Shown: positions 49,867 through 59,947, numbered from the stretch's first letter. The stretch: DNA of 64,000 nucleotides from Cyanobacteria bacterium P01_A01_bin.123 (GCA_039815185.1 JBCBZT010000027.1:1-64000), one strand, 5' to 3'. The notes: a model not told the origin generated them from the sequence alone. Program-made: numbers and translations.

Positions 49867-51539
49867 GAGATCCCTCCTAGGGTTAAATACTGGGAGTTGG
49901 AACGGTCTGGGGTGGTTTGGTATAGATCATCAATCGCGGTCTGAAAATAAGCCTGAATTGCAGTACGGCGCAGCTTGCCATTGGCGGTGAGCAAGCCATT
50001 GGCCTGACTGAAGGGCTCACGGGTGAGGTAGAATTTGCGAATTTTTTGATAGTGGGGAACGGTCTCGTTGAAGTGGTGAATGGCGATCGCTAACGTAGAC
50101 TCATCGACTGAACCCGTAAGAATGGCACAGAGAAAGGGTCGCCCATGACCCACCAGCACAGCTTGTTCCATGCCGTCACAAGCCTCGATCAGTCGTTGTT
50201 CTAAGGGTTCTGGGGCAATGTTGTGGCCTGAGGTCGGCACCAAGAGATGTTTGAGACGACCAATGATCCGCCAATGACCTGAGGCACTGACTTCGGCTTG
50301 ATCACCGGTATGGAACCAGCCCTCGCGGATGACTTGAGCCGTTGCTGCTGGATTGTTCCAGTACCCGGCAAAGATATTGGGCCCCCGGCAAACCAGTTCG
50401 CCTTGCGGCGTTAAGCGCACTTCACAGTCTTGAATAGCATGACCGACGTAGCCCGGTATGGGTGATTGAAGGGGATCGAGGGTAACCAGACCTGTGGTTT
50501 CAGTGAGGCCATAGCCCTGGTAGATCGGGATGCCAATCATGGCAAACCAGCGTTGGGTTTCGATCCGCAAGGGGGCCGAGCCACAGATAATCAGTTGGAG
50601 ATGGGGGGCGATCGCCCGTTTGATTTGGGCCAATAGGGTTAGGCTCACGCCTTTAAAGATCAAGGCGTCAACCCAGCGGTGTCCTGTCAGCGAGCGGTCA
50701 TAAGCCTGCTGGCCAACTGTAAACAGCCATTGGGCAATACGCCCCTGCTGTTTTAAGGCTTGCTCAATGCCACTGCGGAACCGCTCCAGCACCATGGGCA
50801 CGGTCAAAAAGAACGCCGGATCGGCATAGCGGAGATCCGCTGCCAGATTGTCTAACTGGGTGCATAGGGTTAACGGACGCCCTTGATACAGCTGGGCCCA
50901 AAGGATGAGATGGGCGGGGGCAAAGCAAAAGGGTAAAAAGTGAAAGGCACCGCCTTTGTCGGTTGACGGCTGGGTTGCAGCTTCAAGCCGCTGGCTGATT
51001 AAGGGAATCATGTAGTCAAAGTTGGCGCGGGTGAGCATCACCCCCTTAGATGCCCCGCTAGTGCCCGAGGTATAGATCAAGGCGATCACTGCATCCGCTG
51101 GAATGGGGTAAGGCGCTGCCTGGGTGGGTTCAGCGTCAAATGCGTCATCGACTAAGGCGATCGCACCGGGAGTAAGCCAGATCTCCGTCATTGCTTCCCC
51201 AAGCGCTGAATCCCCGACCAGTAGCAATTTGGGTTGGCAGTCTGCCAGCATTTTGGCTAGTTCTGGCAGACTCTGGCGGCTATATAGCGGTACTACAATT
51301 GCCCCTTCTGCCAAAATCGCCAGCTCCAGGGCAACCCAGCGAGCTGAGTTGGGGGCCAGTAATGCCACGCGATCGCCGGGACATACCCCCTGATTTGCAA
51401 TAAAGGTACGGGCACGACGAATCTGCAGCGCTAACGCTGCCGCTGAGATATCGACCCATTGTTGATCATGGATTTCCCTGAGAATCGGTTGATTCTGCAG
51501 CTGATGTAAGTTTTGGACAATCGTTTCCAGAAAGTTCAT
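49863..51539 (-). CDS. Long-chain fatty acid-CoA ligase / AMP-binding protein
   Basis: IYTSGTSGASKGVML, QGYGLTET, GWFHTGD; ATG 51539 with GGAG RBS. Confidence 0.9.
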   Translation of the reverse strand: MNFLETIVQNLHQLQNQPILREIHDQQWVDISAAALALQIRRARTFIANQGVCPGDRVALLAPNSARWVALELAILAEGAIVVPLYSRQSLPELAKMLADCQPKLLLVGDSALGEAMTEIWLTPGAIALVDDAFDAEPTQAAPYPIPADAVIALIYTSGTSGASKGVMLTRANFDYMIPLISQRLEAATQPSTDKGGAFHFLPFCFAPAHLILWAQLYQGRPLTLCTQLDNLAADLRYADPAFFLTVPMVLERFRSGIEQALKQQGRIAQWLFTVGQQAYDRSLTGHRWVDALIFKGVSLTLLAQIKRAIAPHLQLIICGSAPLRIETQRWFAMIGIPIYQGYGLTETTGLVTLDPLQSPIPGYVGHAIQDCEVRLTPQGELVCRGPNIFAGYWNNPAATAQVIREGWFHTGDQAEVSASGHWRIIGRLKHLLVPTSGHNIAPEPLEQRLIEACDGMEQAVLVGHGRPFLCAILTGSVDESTLAIAIHHFNETVPHYQKIRKFYLTREPFSQANGLLTANGKLRRTAIQAYFQTAIDDLYQTTPDRSNSQYLTLGGIS

Positions 51540-51591
51540 GGGTTGTTCTCCGAGTAGGCGGTTCTCTGGGTCTCCAACCAAATAGAAAGAC

Positions 51592-53019
51592 CTAGGCATA
51601 TTGCATCAGCAACTGAGTCGTGGTTGCCGATAGTGGGGGCAAATAGGCGTACCAAGCAGGCGATCGCTCAATTTGAGGAAAATCTGGATACACACGAGCC
51701 ACTTCGCCCATAAAGTCGCGCCCCATTTGTCCCATCAACCGCAGTTGCCGAACCACGGTTTGGGCAATCCTTTGGGCAATCGCTTCCCGGTCTTGATCCA
51801 GGCGATGCAGCATAGGTAGCAATTTCTCTCCCAGACCGGGATCGTCAACCTCCAGCAGTAGGTCGAGATGGTGGCGATCGCTCATCAAATTGCGAATGCG
51901 TTCATCCATCGTCACGCCTACAGAGGGCACCAGCCCCGGCATAGAGGTAACAATCGCGTGGAAACGGGAACTCACAAGAAATGCGCTCTGGCGCAAAATA
52001 CCGACCAGTTCATGCAGGGTGTATTGATCACTGATGAAACAGGGCGCTGGTGATGAAAGCTGGGCATTGAGGTCATAGCAAGCCCGTCGATCCAGGCGCT
52101 CCATACCCACCACCACGGTGAAAATATCCCGCTGCTGGCTAAAGGCATTCACGGCCTGGGCCAACCCCTGAATATAGGTGCGATATTGACGATCCGCTGT
52201 GGCTGAATGGTGGTGAAAATAAAGGGATTTGTAATGCTGTTCCCGATATTTGCCAGTCAAACCCTGGTGAATAAACTTGCGCAGACTGGGCTTGATTGGC
52301 CACCAAAAGGGATTGATGGGACAAAGGGTTAGAACCGGACGAGTTCCATCCCAACCAGCCTGTTTGAGTAAATCGACGCCCCGTTGCGGCAAGTCGGGTT
52401 CAAACGTCCAGGCGGTGTCGGCTCCCGCCGTGCTGCGAATCCTTAACTGTTGACTGAGTAAGGTTTGAGAGGGCTGATTTCGGCAAAGGATGAGCGAATT
52501 TTGGCATTGGCGGCGAACGAAATGTTGCAAACTGGCATTCATCGCCCCTGCTTCGGCCCCGTAACCAACGCTGAGTTTTTCCTCAATGGCAGCCAACCCC
52601 AAGGCGGCTGACATCATTGTGGACAAACTATCGGCAAATTTTGATTTAAACATCGAGCCCTCACAAGCAATCACCCCATGGTGTTGAGGGCACTCGCGAG
52701 CAAGAAACTGCGGAAAAATATGGGGCAATCGCACCTGCTTGGCACCCTGAAAATAGTCTGCCGTTAGAGTCGGATCAAGGGTTGTCACCGTTAGGTCTGT
52801 GGATTGACCCAGGAGGTGCTGGAGTTGCCGCACAATCTCACTAACCCGCACATCAGCCCCGGTATTACGAGCCCCGTTGTAACCTGCTAGCAAGAGTTTG
52901 AGTGGTTTTCCCGGTCGCCATTGTTCTTGGGGCCATCCCAGGGTGCGCTTGATGCGAGTCGCTTGGGTATAGCCTGTGCAGAGGAGTTGTAGGGTTTGGT
53001 CAAGGTCAAGGGGGTTCAT
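51592..53019 (-). CDS. Polysaccharide pyruvyl-transferase-family protein
   Basis: LAGYNGARNTGAD, CEGSMF, ILCRN, ADTAW, SSRFHA; alternative TTG start at 53142. Confidence 0.7.
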   Translation of the reverse strand: MNPLDLDQTLQLLCTGYTQATRIKRTLGWPQEQWRPGKPLKLLLAGYNGARNTGADVRVSEIVRQLQHLLGQSTDLTVTTLDPTLTADYFQGAKQVRLPHIFPQFLARECPQHHGVIACEGSMFKSKFADSLSTMMSAALGLAAIEEKLSVGYGAEAGAMNASLQHFVRRQCQNSLILCRNQPSQTLLSQQLRIRSTAGADTAWTFEPDLPQRGVDLLKQAGWDGTRPVLTLCPINPFWWPIKPSLRKFIHQGLTGKYREQHYKSLYFHHHSATADRQYRTYIQGLAQAVNAFSQQRDIFTVVVGMERLDRRACYDLNAQLSSPAPCFISDQYTLHELVGILRQSAFLVSSRFHAIVTSMPGLVPSVGVTMDERIRNLMSDRHHLDLLLEVDDPGLGEKLLPMLHRLDQDREAIAQRIAQTVVRQLRLMGQMGRDFMGEVARVYPDFPQIERSPAWYAYLPPLSATTTQLLMQYA

Positions 53020-53138
53020 TGTGGGGGAGGGGGGGATGGAGATGAGGGGGAGCAATAGTGGCAGGAGGGACGGGGGAGCGAGTCGTAAACGGCAACAAAG
53101 ATAGCTTGCTCCCCCGCTCCCCTTGCCCAAAAACACGC

Positions 53139-54281
53139 TCAATCGACCAAAGCATAACCAGTGTCAGTTTCAGGCCAGGGCTGATAAGGGAACTGGCAGT
53201 TGTGTTCTACTAAAAAGCGATGGAGGGGGGCTGCGTAGGTAATGAAGGGGGATGGAGCGGTTCCGAGTTCTTGGGTAATGCGGGTGTTGTCAAAAACGGT
53301 ATTGAACGTCAAGTAGGGCATAAATACTTTGAGTCGGGTGGCTGATCGGGCGATTCCCCACTGACGGGGAGTGGCGGCTAAGGCTTGGAGTAACCATGTC
53401 AAAGGCGATCGTAGTGGTGGCAAAAATAGGGGGGATACCCCTTGGGTGGCCGTGGCTAGACATTGGACAATCTGTTGGTAGGTGGGAGAGTGTATGCCTG
53501 CACTCAGGTGATAAATGGTGTGGGAGAGTTGTGCTTTTTGATGCAGGGTGGCGATCGCTTGGCCGACATAATCGGCAGGCACAATGTCAATTTGCCAGTC
53601 TGGCTGTAGCGGTATCACCCCAACTTGGTTGAGTAGGGCAAAGGCTCTGGCTGTGTCGAACTGAGTTGTTTGGGGAAAGCGGCTATCCCCGAGGACTGTA
53701 CTAGGGCGAAAGATGACATGGGGAACATCTGGCAATAATTCTTGGATGAGGTGCTCACAGAGTTTTTTGGTGGCGCCGTAGGGGTCGTAGTCTGGTCTGT
53801 CCCATTGAATCGCGTCAGTCTCGGTCACGACTTCGTTTTGGCGAATTCCAGCAACGGAGGTAGTGGAGATAGCACTGAAGCGGCGGAGGCCATGATCGCA
53901 GTGAGCGGCGCGGGCCAATTTCAAGACGGCAAGCGTACCGCGCACATTTACGTTGTGACACGCTTGAAGTGATTTGCGATTCAAGATCGCGGCGGCATGA
54001 ATCACAGACTCTGTGGAACCGACTAGTCGATCCCAGTTCTGCAGGGACAATCCCAAGCGGGGTTGGGTCATGTCTCCTAAATAGAGATCTATACGGTTGA
54101 GTGCCTGATGAAATTGCGTCGGGGTCATGTGCAATTGGAAGGCCTGCCACAACCGCGATCGCGCTGCATCAGTAGAGGTTGCCCGGACTAATAGGGCCAG
54201 GCGATCGCAGGTCGTATTTAAGAGTTCATTGGCAACGTAGGCACCGATATAGCCCGTTGCACCGGTCAATACAATCGTCAT
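53139..54281 (-). CDS. Extended SDR / male-sterility-type (thioester reductase-like) oxidoreductase
   Basis: LTGATGYIG, HAAA, YGATK, FRPSTVLGDS, VPADYV. Confidence 0.85.
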   Translation of the reverse strand: MTIVLTGATGYIGAYVANELLNTTCDRLALLVRATSTDAARSRLWQAFQLHMTPTQFHQALNRIDLYLGDMTQPRLGLSLQNWDRLVGSTESVIHAAAILNRKSLQACHNVNVRGTLAVLKLARAAHCDHGLRRFSAISTTSVAGIRQNEVVTETDAIQWDRPDYDPYGATKKLCEHLIQELLPDVPHVIFRPSTVLGDSRFPQTTQFDTARAFALLNQVGVIPLQPDWQIDIVPADYVGQAIATLHQKAQLSHTIYHLSAGIHSPTYQQIVQCLATATQGVSPLFLPPLRSPLTWLLQALAATPRQWGIARSATRLKVFMPYLTFNTVFDNTRITQELGTAPSPFITYAAPLHRFLVEHNCQFPYQPWPETDTGYALVD

Positions 54282-54294
54282 GGGATGCTCACAT

Positions 54295-55752
54295 CTATAG
54301 CTCAGGCTGTAAGGCGTTCAATAAAGTCCGTTTGGGCAAGGTGCATTTGAGCTGCTGCCGAGTATCAACCAAAAACCCTGTCCGCAGAAAATACGCGAAA
54401 TAGGTGTGTAGGAGCTGCTCATTAACGCTGGGACAGTAGATAGCCGCTCTATCTAGGACGGTTTGGGTCTGTTGGCTATCGAATTTGGGGCGTCTAGCCT
54501 GCTGATATAACTCTGGTAAGGTCAGATCTGTGTCTGGCAGTTGCCGTCGAAAGAATGGCCGCAGCGGCACTAGGGGATTGTCCTGGGAATAGAGTTGGTG
54601 GAGCTGATCGAGCCAGTCATGGTAAGCAATTTGCTTCACAGCAAACCCAAAGGATTGTATCCAGCTAACCAACTGATGCCAGGGGTAGGGTTTGGGATTG
54701 GTGAGATGGAAGGTTTGACCGATGGCGTCTGGCTGCTGTGACAGATAAATAATGCTGCGGCTGACATAGTCTACCGGGGCTAAATCGAGCTGGTAATCCA
54801 GGTCAGGGGCAGTGCCCATCTGCAGACAACCCTTGATCAGGCGACAGATCAGATCATCGGTGTTGACGACCCCTGTTTGGCTGTGGCCAGAAATAAAAGG
54901 CGCTCGGTAAATGCAGACGGGCAAGCCGCGATCGCGGGCGCTGATCATTAGTTTTTCGGCGACCCACTTACTTTGGGAATAGCCCAGGCCAATGCCCTCG
55001 CTATGGATTAACGGGTCTGACTCCAGGATTTGTTTGTGGGCATAGGCCGGGGAGTCAAACACCGCAACGCTGGAAACATAGTGAACGGGTGCGTCCTGAC
55101 TGCAACTCGCCAACCGTAAGACTTCCTGGGTACCTTGAACATTCACTGATCGCAAGCGGGCGTAATCATAAACGTAGTTCAACAATGCGCCACTGTGGTA
55201 AATGCAGCCAATTTGATCCGCGAGGTGCTGAAATTGCTCGGGTGAGAGTCCGAAGTAGGGCTGACCTAAATCGCCAATGACGGGCATAATGCGATCGCAA
55301 TTAGTCTCATGCCAGAGACCATAGGCTTGGAGATTAGTCTGAATACGCTGCTTTCCTGAAGACACATCAGCAGCTCTCACCAGGCAGTAACAGTTAGCCT
55401 GAGTCCGCTGCAGCAGCTCTTGGAGGATAAAAGCCCCTAAGAACCCAGTAGCTCCGGTCAAGAAAATTGCCGATGGGCGGTGCTGCGAGTCTGGGGGCGT
55501 TGCTTTGGGTTGAATACTGGAATCCAGCACAACTTCTGAGGTTAAATCTCCCAGGAAAAAACCGTCTGATTCGGTTGCAATGGCAGACTGCTGTTGAACT
55601 AATGCCAAAAGTGTGGGTTTATGTTGGCGTAGCGTCTGTTGCAGCTTTGGGGTTAAAACCCCTTTGGGGGCTTTAATGTGGAGCTGATCCTGCTTAGCCC
55701 AGAGCGTTGCCCCCCGTTGGCGGAGAGCACTTAGCAATTGATCAGGGGTCAT
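54295..55752 (-). CDS. Stand-alone thioester reductase with TubC-like N-terminal docking domain
   Basis: LLSALRQRGATLW..LHIKAPKGVLT..HKPTLL; FLTGATGFLG, GYSQSKWVAE, PVDYVS. Confidence 0.88.
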   Translation of the reverse strand: MTPDQLLSALRQRGATLWAKQDQLHIKAPKGVLTPKLQQTLRQHKPTLLALVQQQSAIATESDGFFLGDLTSEVVLDSSIQPKATPPDSQHRPSAIFLTGATGFLGAFILQELLQRTQANCYCLVRAADVSSGKQRIQTNLQAYGLWHETNCDRIMPVIGDLGQPYFGLSPEQFQHLADQIGCIYHSGALLNYVYDYARLRSVNVQGTQEVLRLASCSQDAPVHYVSSVAVFDSPAYAHKQILESDPLIHSEGIGLGYSQSKWVAEKLMISARDRGLPVCIYRAPFISGHSQTGVVNTDDLICRLIKGCLQMGTAPDLDYQLDLAPVDYVSRSIIYLSQQPDAIGQTFHLTNPKPYPWHQLVSWIQSFGFAVKQIAYHDWLDQLHQLYSQDNPLVPLRPFFRRQLPDTDLTLPELYQQARRPKFDSQQTQTVLDRAAIYCPSVNEQLLHTYFAYFLRTGFLVDTRQQLKCTLPKRTLLNALQPEL

Positions 55753-56087
55753 AGGACGATTTCCTCCTCCTCCATTTCCCTAGCGTTGCCACAATATTGT
55801 GCTAGGGCCGCGATCGTGGGATAGGTGTAGGGTAGGGTGGGCTCTAGTTTATGGCCTAGCCAGTTTTCTAAATCTCCGGCCATACCAAAAACCACGACTG
55901 AATCCAAGCCATAACTGTCAAAGGTGGCATGACTGTCGATGTCATCGTTGGTCACCTCCAAAAGTTCAGCCAGGTAGGCAACTAACCACTTCTGAATGTC
56001 ATCGGGTGTTTGAGACGGGAGACTAGCACGATGGTTGTTAGCCAGCGGAGAAACCTGTTGAGGACTTTGAAGTTGTAAGCGATTCAT
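55749..56087 (-). CDS. Acyl carrier protein
   Basis: FDSYGLDSV phosphopantetheine motif, YPTIAALA; probable ATG 56087. Confidence 0.9.
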   Translation of the reverse strand: MNRLQLQSPQQVSPLANNHRASLPSQTPDDIQKWLVAYLAELLEVTNDDIDSHATFDSYGLDSVVVFGMAGDLENWLGHKLEPTLPYTYPTIAALAQYCGNAREMEEEEIVL

Positions 56088-56157
56088 GATCTTAATGTTT
56101 GGAGCATTGGGTCTAGACAATGAAAATTGGGTATTGTGGTTGCGAATTCGTTGGTTA

Positions 56158-58806
56158 TCAGACTCGGCATTTCGCAGTTTCCACGGTTGCCGCCGAAGGC
56201 ACTTTGACATCCCACACCAGACCTAACCGAGTTAATGCCCGAATCAGCCAACCGCCAATGTCAATTTGCCACCATGCCAGTCCGAAAAGTGCTGAATAGG
56301 CAAAGGCGTGATGATTGTTGTGCCATGCTTCTCCCAGCGTAGGGATTGCCAGCCAGACATTGTTAGTACTCTGCTCTCGGGTCACAAAAGGACGTTGACC
56401 GAAGCAATGACAAATAGAATTGATGCTGAACGTGGATTGTTGCACAAGCCAGATACGAACTAGCCCACCCCATAAAAATCCTTCCCATGCCCCCGACCAT
56501 GAGACACTGAGTCCACCCCCGAGGAGGGTAGGGATAATCAGCCCTAATGCCGTCCAGAGATAGTATCTGCTACTCAGCCAATTGACTAAGGCATCTTGCA
56601 TCAGATCCTTAGCAAAGGCATGAGTATTGGTGATTTCTGGAATTAGAATCCACCCACTATGCGCATGCCATAAACCCTGGATCAATCCTCGCAATCCTGG
56701 CCCACTGAGATGGGGAGAATGGGGATCACCAGGACTATCCGTATAGCTATGGTGCCGCCGATGCTGCGCAACCCAATAAATCAAAGGGGCTTGGGCTGCC
56801 ATTGATCCGAGAATGGCCAAGCTGGTTTTGACCGACCGATGGGCTTTGAACGCTCTGTGGGCAAAGTATCGGTGGAAACCTACCGTGATGCCAACCATGG
56901 TGGCCAGATACATGCTGCCTAAAAGACTCAGGTCTAAACCGCTAACGCCCCACTTCCAGCTCCACGCCAATGCCACGATGCAGCCCAGTAAGGGCAGCAA
57001 ATTCGTAACCATGAGGTGATGCCGCTGGCGCTGTACGAGATGGCTATGCTTAAACGTGAGGGGTGCTTTTTTGGGTGATGTCTGTAAAGCGCCTGGTGCT
57101 CCAGCAATGCTCCGTAAGTCATTGGTCAAGAAGGCGGCCCGACAAGCCCGTCGCTGAATTTTGCCGCTCGATGTCTTGGGAATACTGCCGGGTCGCACCA
57201 AGACAGCACGGTGCAAATCTAGGGCATGGTGAGTTGCGATCGCCTGCCGGATTGCAACCATCACTGCCTTGACATCCAGTTTCCTCAAGTGGCTACGTTC
57301 TATTTCTTGGACAACCACTAACCGCTCTGCCCCCTCAACATCAATGGCAAAGGCTGCACCTGCATTGGCTTGCAAAGCTGGATGACTGGCCGCTACTGTG
57401 TGCTCAATATCCTGGGGATAGTGGTTTTGCCCCCGGATGATGATCAAATCTTTGAGTCGCCCCGTTACGAAGAGTTGGCCATTGAGCTCAAACCCTAAAT
57501 CGCCGGTGCGGAGGAAGGGGCCAACGCCCGTATCCGCGAGATCAGCCTGGAAGGTTTGGGCCGTGGCTTCAGGCTGTTGCCAATACCCCTGAGCCACACT
57601 CGGCCCTGAAATCCAGATCTCACCGACTTGGCCGATAGAACATGGGGTTAGGGTTTCGGGATGCACAATGTAAAGTTGATGGTCAGGGGTAGTTTGGCCA
57701 CAGCTAACAATGGTGCGATCGCTAGCGGATACTTCAACCGCCGGCACCACCTGATGCTGCTCTAAGGCAGCTCCATCAACCGGTTGCACAATCGGCTGGG
57801 TGCCCTTGTGGCCACCAGCTATCAGCAGCGTAGCCTCCGCCATGCCATAACACGGATAAAAAGCCGTCTGTCGAAAACCATAGGGGGCAAAGGTTTGACT
57901 AAATTGCGATAACGTCTCTGGCCGAATGAGCTCGGCTCCCGTAAAGGCAATATCCCAATTACTCAAATCGAGATCGGCCATCTGGTCAGGTCGAATTTTA
58001 CGGACGCAGAGGTCATAGGCAAAATTAGGCCCACCACTGATGGTGGCTCGATGCTGAGAAATTGCATGCAGCCAGCGCATCGGTTTTTGCAAAAACATTA
58101 CTGGCGACATTAGCGTTATCGGGAAACCCGCGTAGAGGGGTTGGAGCACGCCGCCAATCAGCCCCATGTCGTGATACGGTGGCAACCAAATGACACCCCG
58201 GCTTTCCGAGGTATGTCCAAAGGCTTGCTGAATTCCCTGCAAGTTGTTGAGCAAATTGCCATGACTCACCATAACGCCCTTGGGTTTGCCAGTGGACCCA
58301 GAGGTATACTGCAGAAACGCTAAGGTGTCGCTGGTGATCGGCGGCGCTTGCCAATTAATTGCTTGCTCAAGGGCCAGCTGATCCGTGGAGAACCATGCCA
58401 GGGTGGCAAGATCAGGAACCTGAGCGGCTTGGTGACTCATGGTGGCCCAGGCTGCGGTAGTCGTCAAGGCCACTGCCGCTTCAGCGTCGGCTGCGATCGC
58501 CCTAAGTCTTTCCAGGGTTTGATTGCGGCGTGGAGGATAGGCTGGCACCGGGATCAGGTTGGCGTATAAGCAGCCAAAGAAGGCGGCAATGAATGCTAAC
58601 CCTGGCGGATAAATCAACAATGCCCGAGTCCCGGCTGGGTATTGAGATTGGAGTTGAGCTGCGATCGTTCGGGCTTGCAGATCCAGTGCTTGATAGGTCA
58701 AAGATTCAGACTTTGCTTCCCCATCTGTCAAAAAGGTATAGGCAATTTGATCGGGTTGGTGCAAAGCGCGATCGCTCAAAAGTTCAATTAAGGTTGAGTA
58801 ATGCAT
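56158..58806 (-). CDS. Fatty acyl-AMP ligase fused to a membrane acyl desaturase
   Basis: AFLQYTSGSTGKPKG, WLPPYHDMGLIG, YGMAEATL, LRTGDLG, PKTSSGKIQR; His boxes HRYFAH, HRRHH, HNNHH. Confidence 0.92.
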   Translation of the reverse strand: MHYSTLIELLSDRALHQPDQIAYTFLTDGEAKSESLTYQALDLQARTIAAQLQSQYPAGTRALLIYPPGLAFIAAFFGCLYANLIPVPAYPPRRNQTLERLRAIAADAEAAVALTTTAAWATMSHQAAQVPDLATLAWFSTDQLALEQAINWQAPPITSDTLAFLQYTSGSTGKPKGVMVSHGNLLNNLQGIQQAFGHTSESRGVIWLPPYHDMGLIGGVLQPLYAGFPITLMSPVMFLQKPMRWLHAISQHRATISGGPNFAYDLCVRKIRPDQMADLDLSNWDIAFTGAELIRPETLSQFSQTFAPYGFRQTAFYPCYGMAEATLLIAGGHKGTQPIVQPVDGAALEQHQVVPAVEVSASDRTIVSCGQTTPDHQLYIVHPETLTPCSIGQVGEIWISGPSVAQGYWQQPEATAQTFQADLADTGVGPFLRTGDLGFELNGQLFVTGRLKDLIIIRGQNHYPQDIEHTVAASHPALQANAGAAFAIDVEGAERLVVVQEIERSHLRKLDVKAVMVAIRQAIATHHALDLHRAVLVRPGSIPKTSSGKIQRRACRAAFLTNDLRSIAGAPGALQTSPKKAPLTFKHSHLVQRQRHHLMVTNLLPLLGCIVALAWSWKWGVSGLDLSLLGSMYLATMVGITVGFHRYFAHRAFKAHRSVKTSLAILGSMAAQAPLIYWVAQHRRHHSYTDSPGDPHSPHLSGPGLRGLIQGLWHAHSGWILIPEITNTHAFAKDLMQDALVNWLSSRYYLWTALGLIIPTLLGGGLSVSWSGAWEGFLWGGLVRIWLVQQSTFSINSICHCFGQRPFVTREQSTNNVWLAIPTLGEAWHNNHHAFAYSALFGLAWWQIDIGGWLIRALTRLGLVWDVKVPSAATVETAKCRV

Positions 58807-58961
58807 AAGATCAAACTCGCTATCCAAAATCTGGCAGTTATCTCATCATCAAATTCAATCCAGCCAGCAAAATTGTGTTGCTAAAGATATGCACTATGAG
58901 GCTAGGGTCGAAAGATTTGTAGTCGCAAAAATCATAAAGAAGATGGCGTTGTATAGCTGTT

Positions 58962-58993
58962 AATGTATGAGGAAATCGAGAAGAAGTCGGGAA
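58962..58993 (-). promoter_or_regulatory. Shared island promoter motif upstream of the FAAL-LanM operon
   Basis: TTCCCGA-CTTC-TTCTCGATT-TCCTCA-TACATT. Confidence 0.75.
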
Positions 58994-59111
58994 GGATATA
59001 GATTCCTATCTTCTCAGCTCTATCATTTATTTGAATCTTGAAAGGGGGGTGACATTTAAGCCAGGAAACCTGTTAATTAAAAGAGATTAGAATGATACTT
59101 TCTCTGTGAAT

Positions 59112-59351
59112 GACGTCATCAATCTCTGGTTCGCCTGGGGAAAACTCATGTATTGTAGCTGCTTGATCGTACTCACGATACGACTGGACGTAAGCTGCCC
59201 GCCCGCGAATACGTCCATCGAAGTCAGGCGGCGCGATCACAGCCTGCTCGGAGACCCCGATATCATCATCCTATTGACTTAACCAGAGTTCATTGATCCG
59301 CCGAACCATACGCCGAATAACCGCTTCATCGGACGCTTCTTGATGACGCAT
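59112..59351 (-). pseudogene. Probable NTF2/SnoaL-like gene fragment with internal stop
   Basis: MRHQEASDEAVIRRMVRRINELWLSQ*DDDIG..VIAPPDFDGRIRGRAAYVQSY; TAG at 59271-59273; left boundary approximate. Confidence 0.4.
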
Positions 59352-59549
59352 GATGTTCTCCACGACCGACTAACTATGATTAGATTGAATCTGTCTGCCT
59401 AGTATCCCCAACGGGCCAAGCATTCAACGCGATCACCTTGGACTGTTTGCAGAAATCGCAACTATGCAGGGGTATGAGACTACCCAAACTATGCAAAGAC
59501 ATAAGGTTACTCAGGACTCATAAAGGTGATTCTGAGACGATCCCTAAAA

Positions 59550-59600
59550 TGCCAGGAGGCGGACTTGAATCGCCGACACGAGGATTTTCAGTCCCCCTGC
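59550..59600 (-). other. 3' fragment of tRNA-Phe(GAA), probable att-site relic
   Basis: GGACTGAAAATCCTCGTGTCGGCGATTCAAGTCCGCCTCCTGGCA = anticodon arm, T arm and acceptor 3' strand; 5' part absent. Confidence 0.85.
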
Positions 59601-59632
59601 GCAGAAGATTTTGAATCGTAATTAATGGATCG

Positions 59633-59947
59633 CTAAGCCACTTGCAGCGCCAAAGTCTCTGAGAAGTCTGGCTCGGGAAGCTCAGGATGAGAAAGCAGGT
59701 GAATCGCGAGGGGCGTTTTTAAATTTACCCAGGCAACGTAGCGATGCTTAGAGGCTGTGATCACCATATCTGATGCACTCGAATTAAATCGATCAAATTG
59801 TTCGAAGAACCCTGCCCTTTCCTCCGCTGGAGAGACTAGCACCTGCACGAATAGTTCATTGCGGAAACGCATCCCGGTGGTAATTTGGCTATCGTGCCAA
59901 AAACTAAAGGGTTTGATGAAAGCTTCTGTAATGACTAAGGTATCCAT
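59633..59947 (-). CDS. Hypothetical protein
   Basis: 104-aa ORF with ATG start; no function recognised. Confidence 0.7.
   Translation of the reverse strand: MDTLVITEAFIKPFSFWHDSQITTGMRFRNELFVQVLVSPAEERAGFFEQFDRFNSSASDMVITASKHRYVAWVNLKTPLAIHLLSHPELPEPDFSETLALQVA

Noticed and set aside
12590..58808. Many 60-200 aa ORFs antisense or out of frame within WD40, men, lanM and FAAL genes
   Set aside because: Shadow ORFs of well-supported genes
59550..59600. Functional tRNA-Phe gene
   Set aside because: D arm and 5' acceptor strand are missing and the T stem carries a substitution
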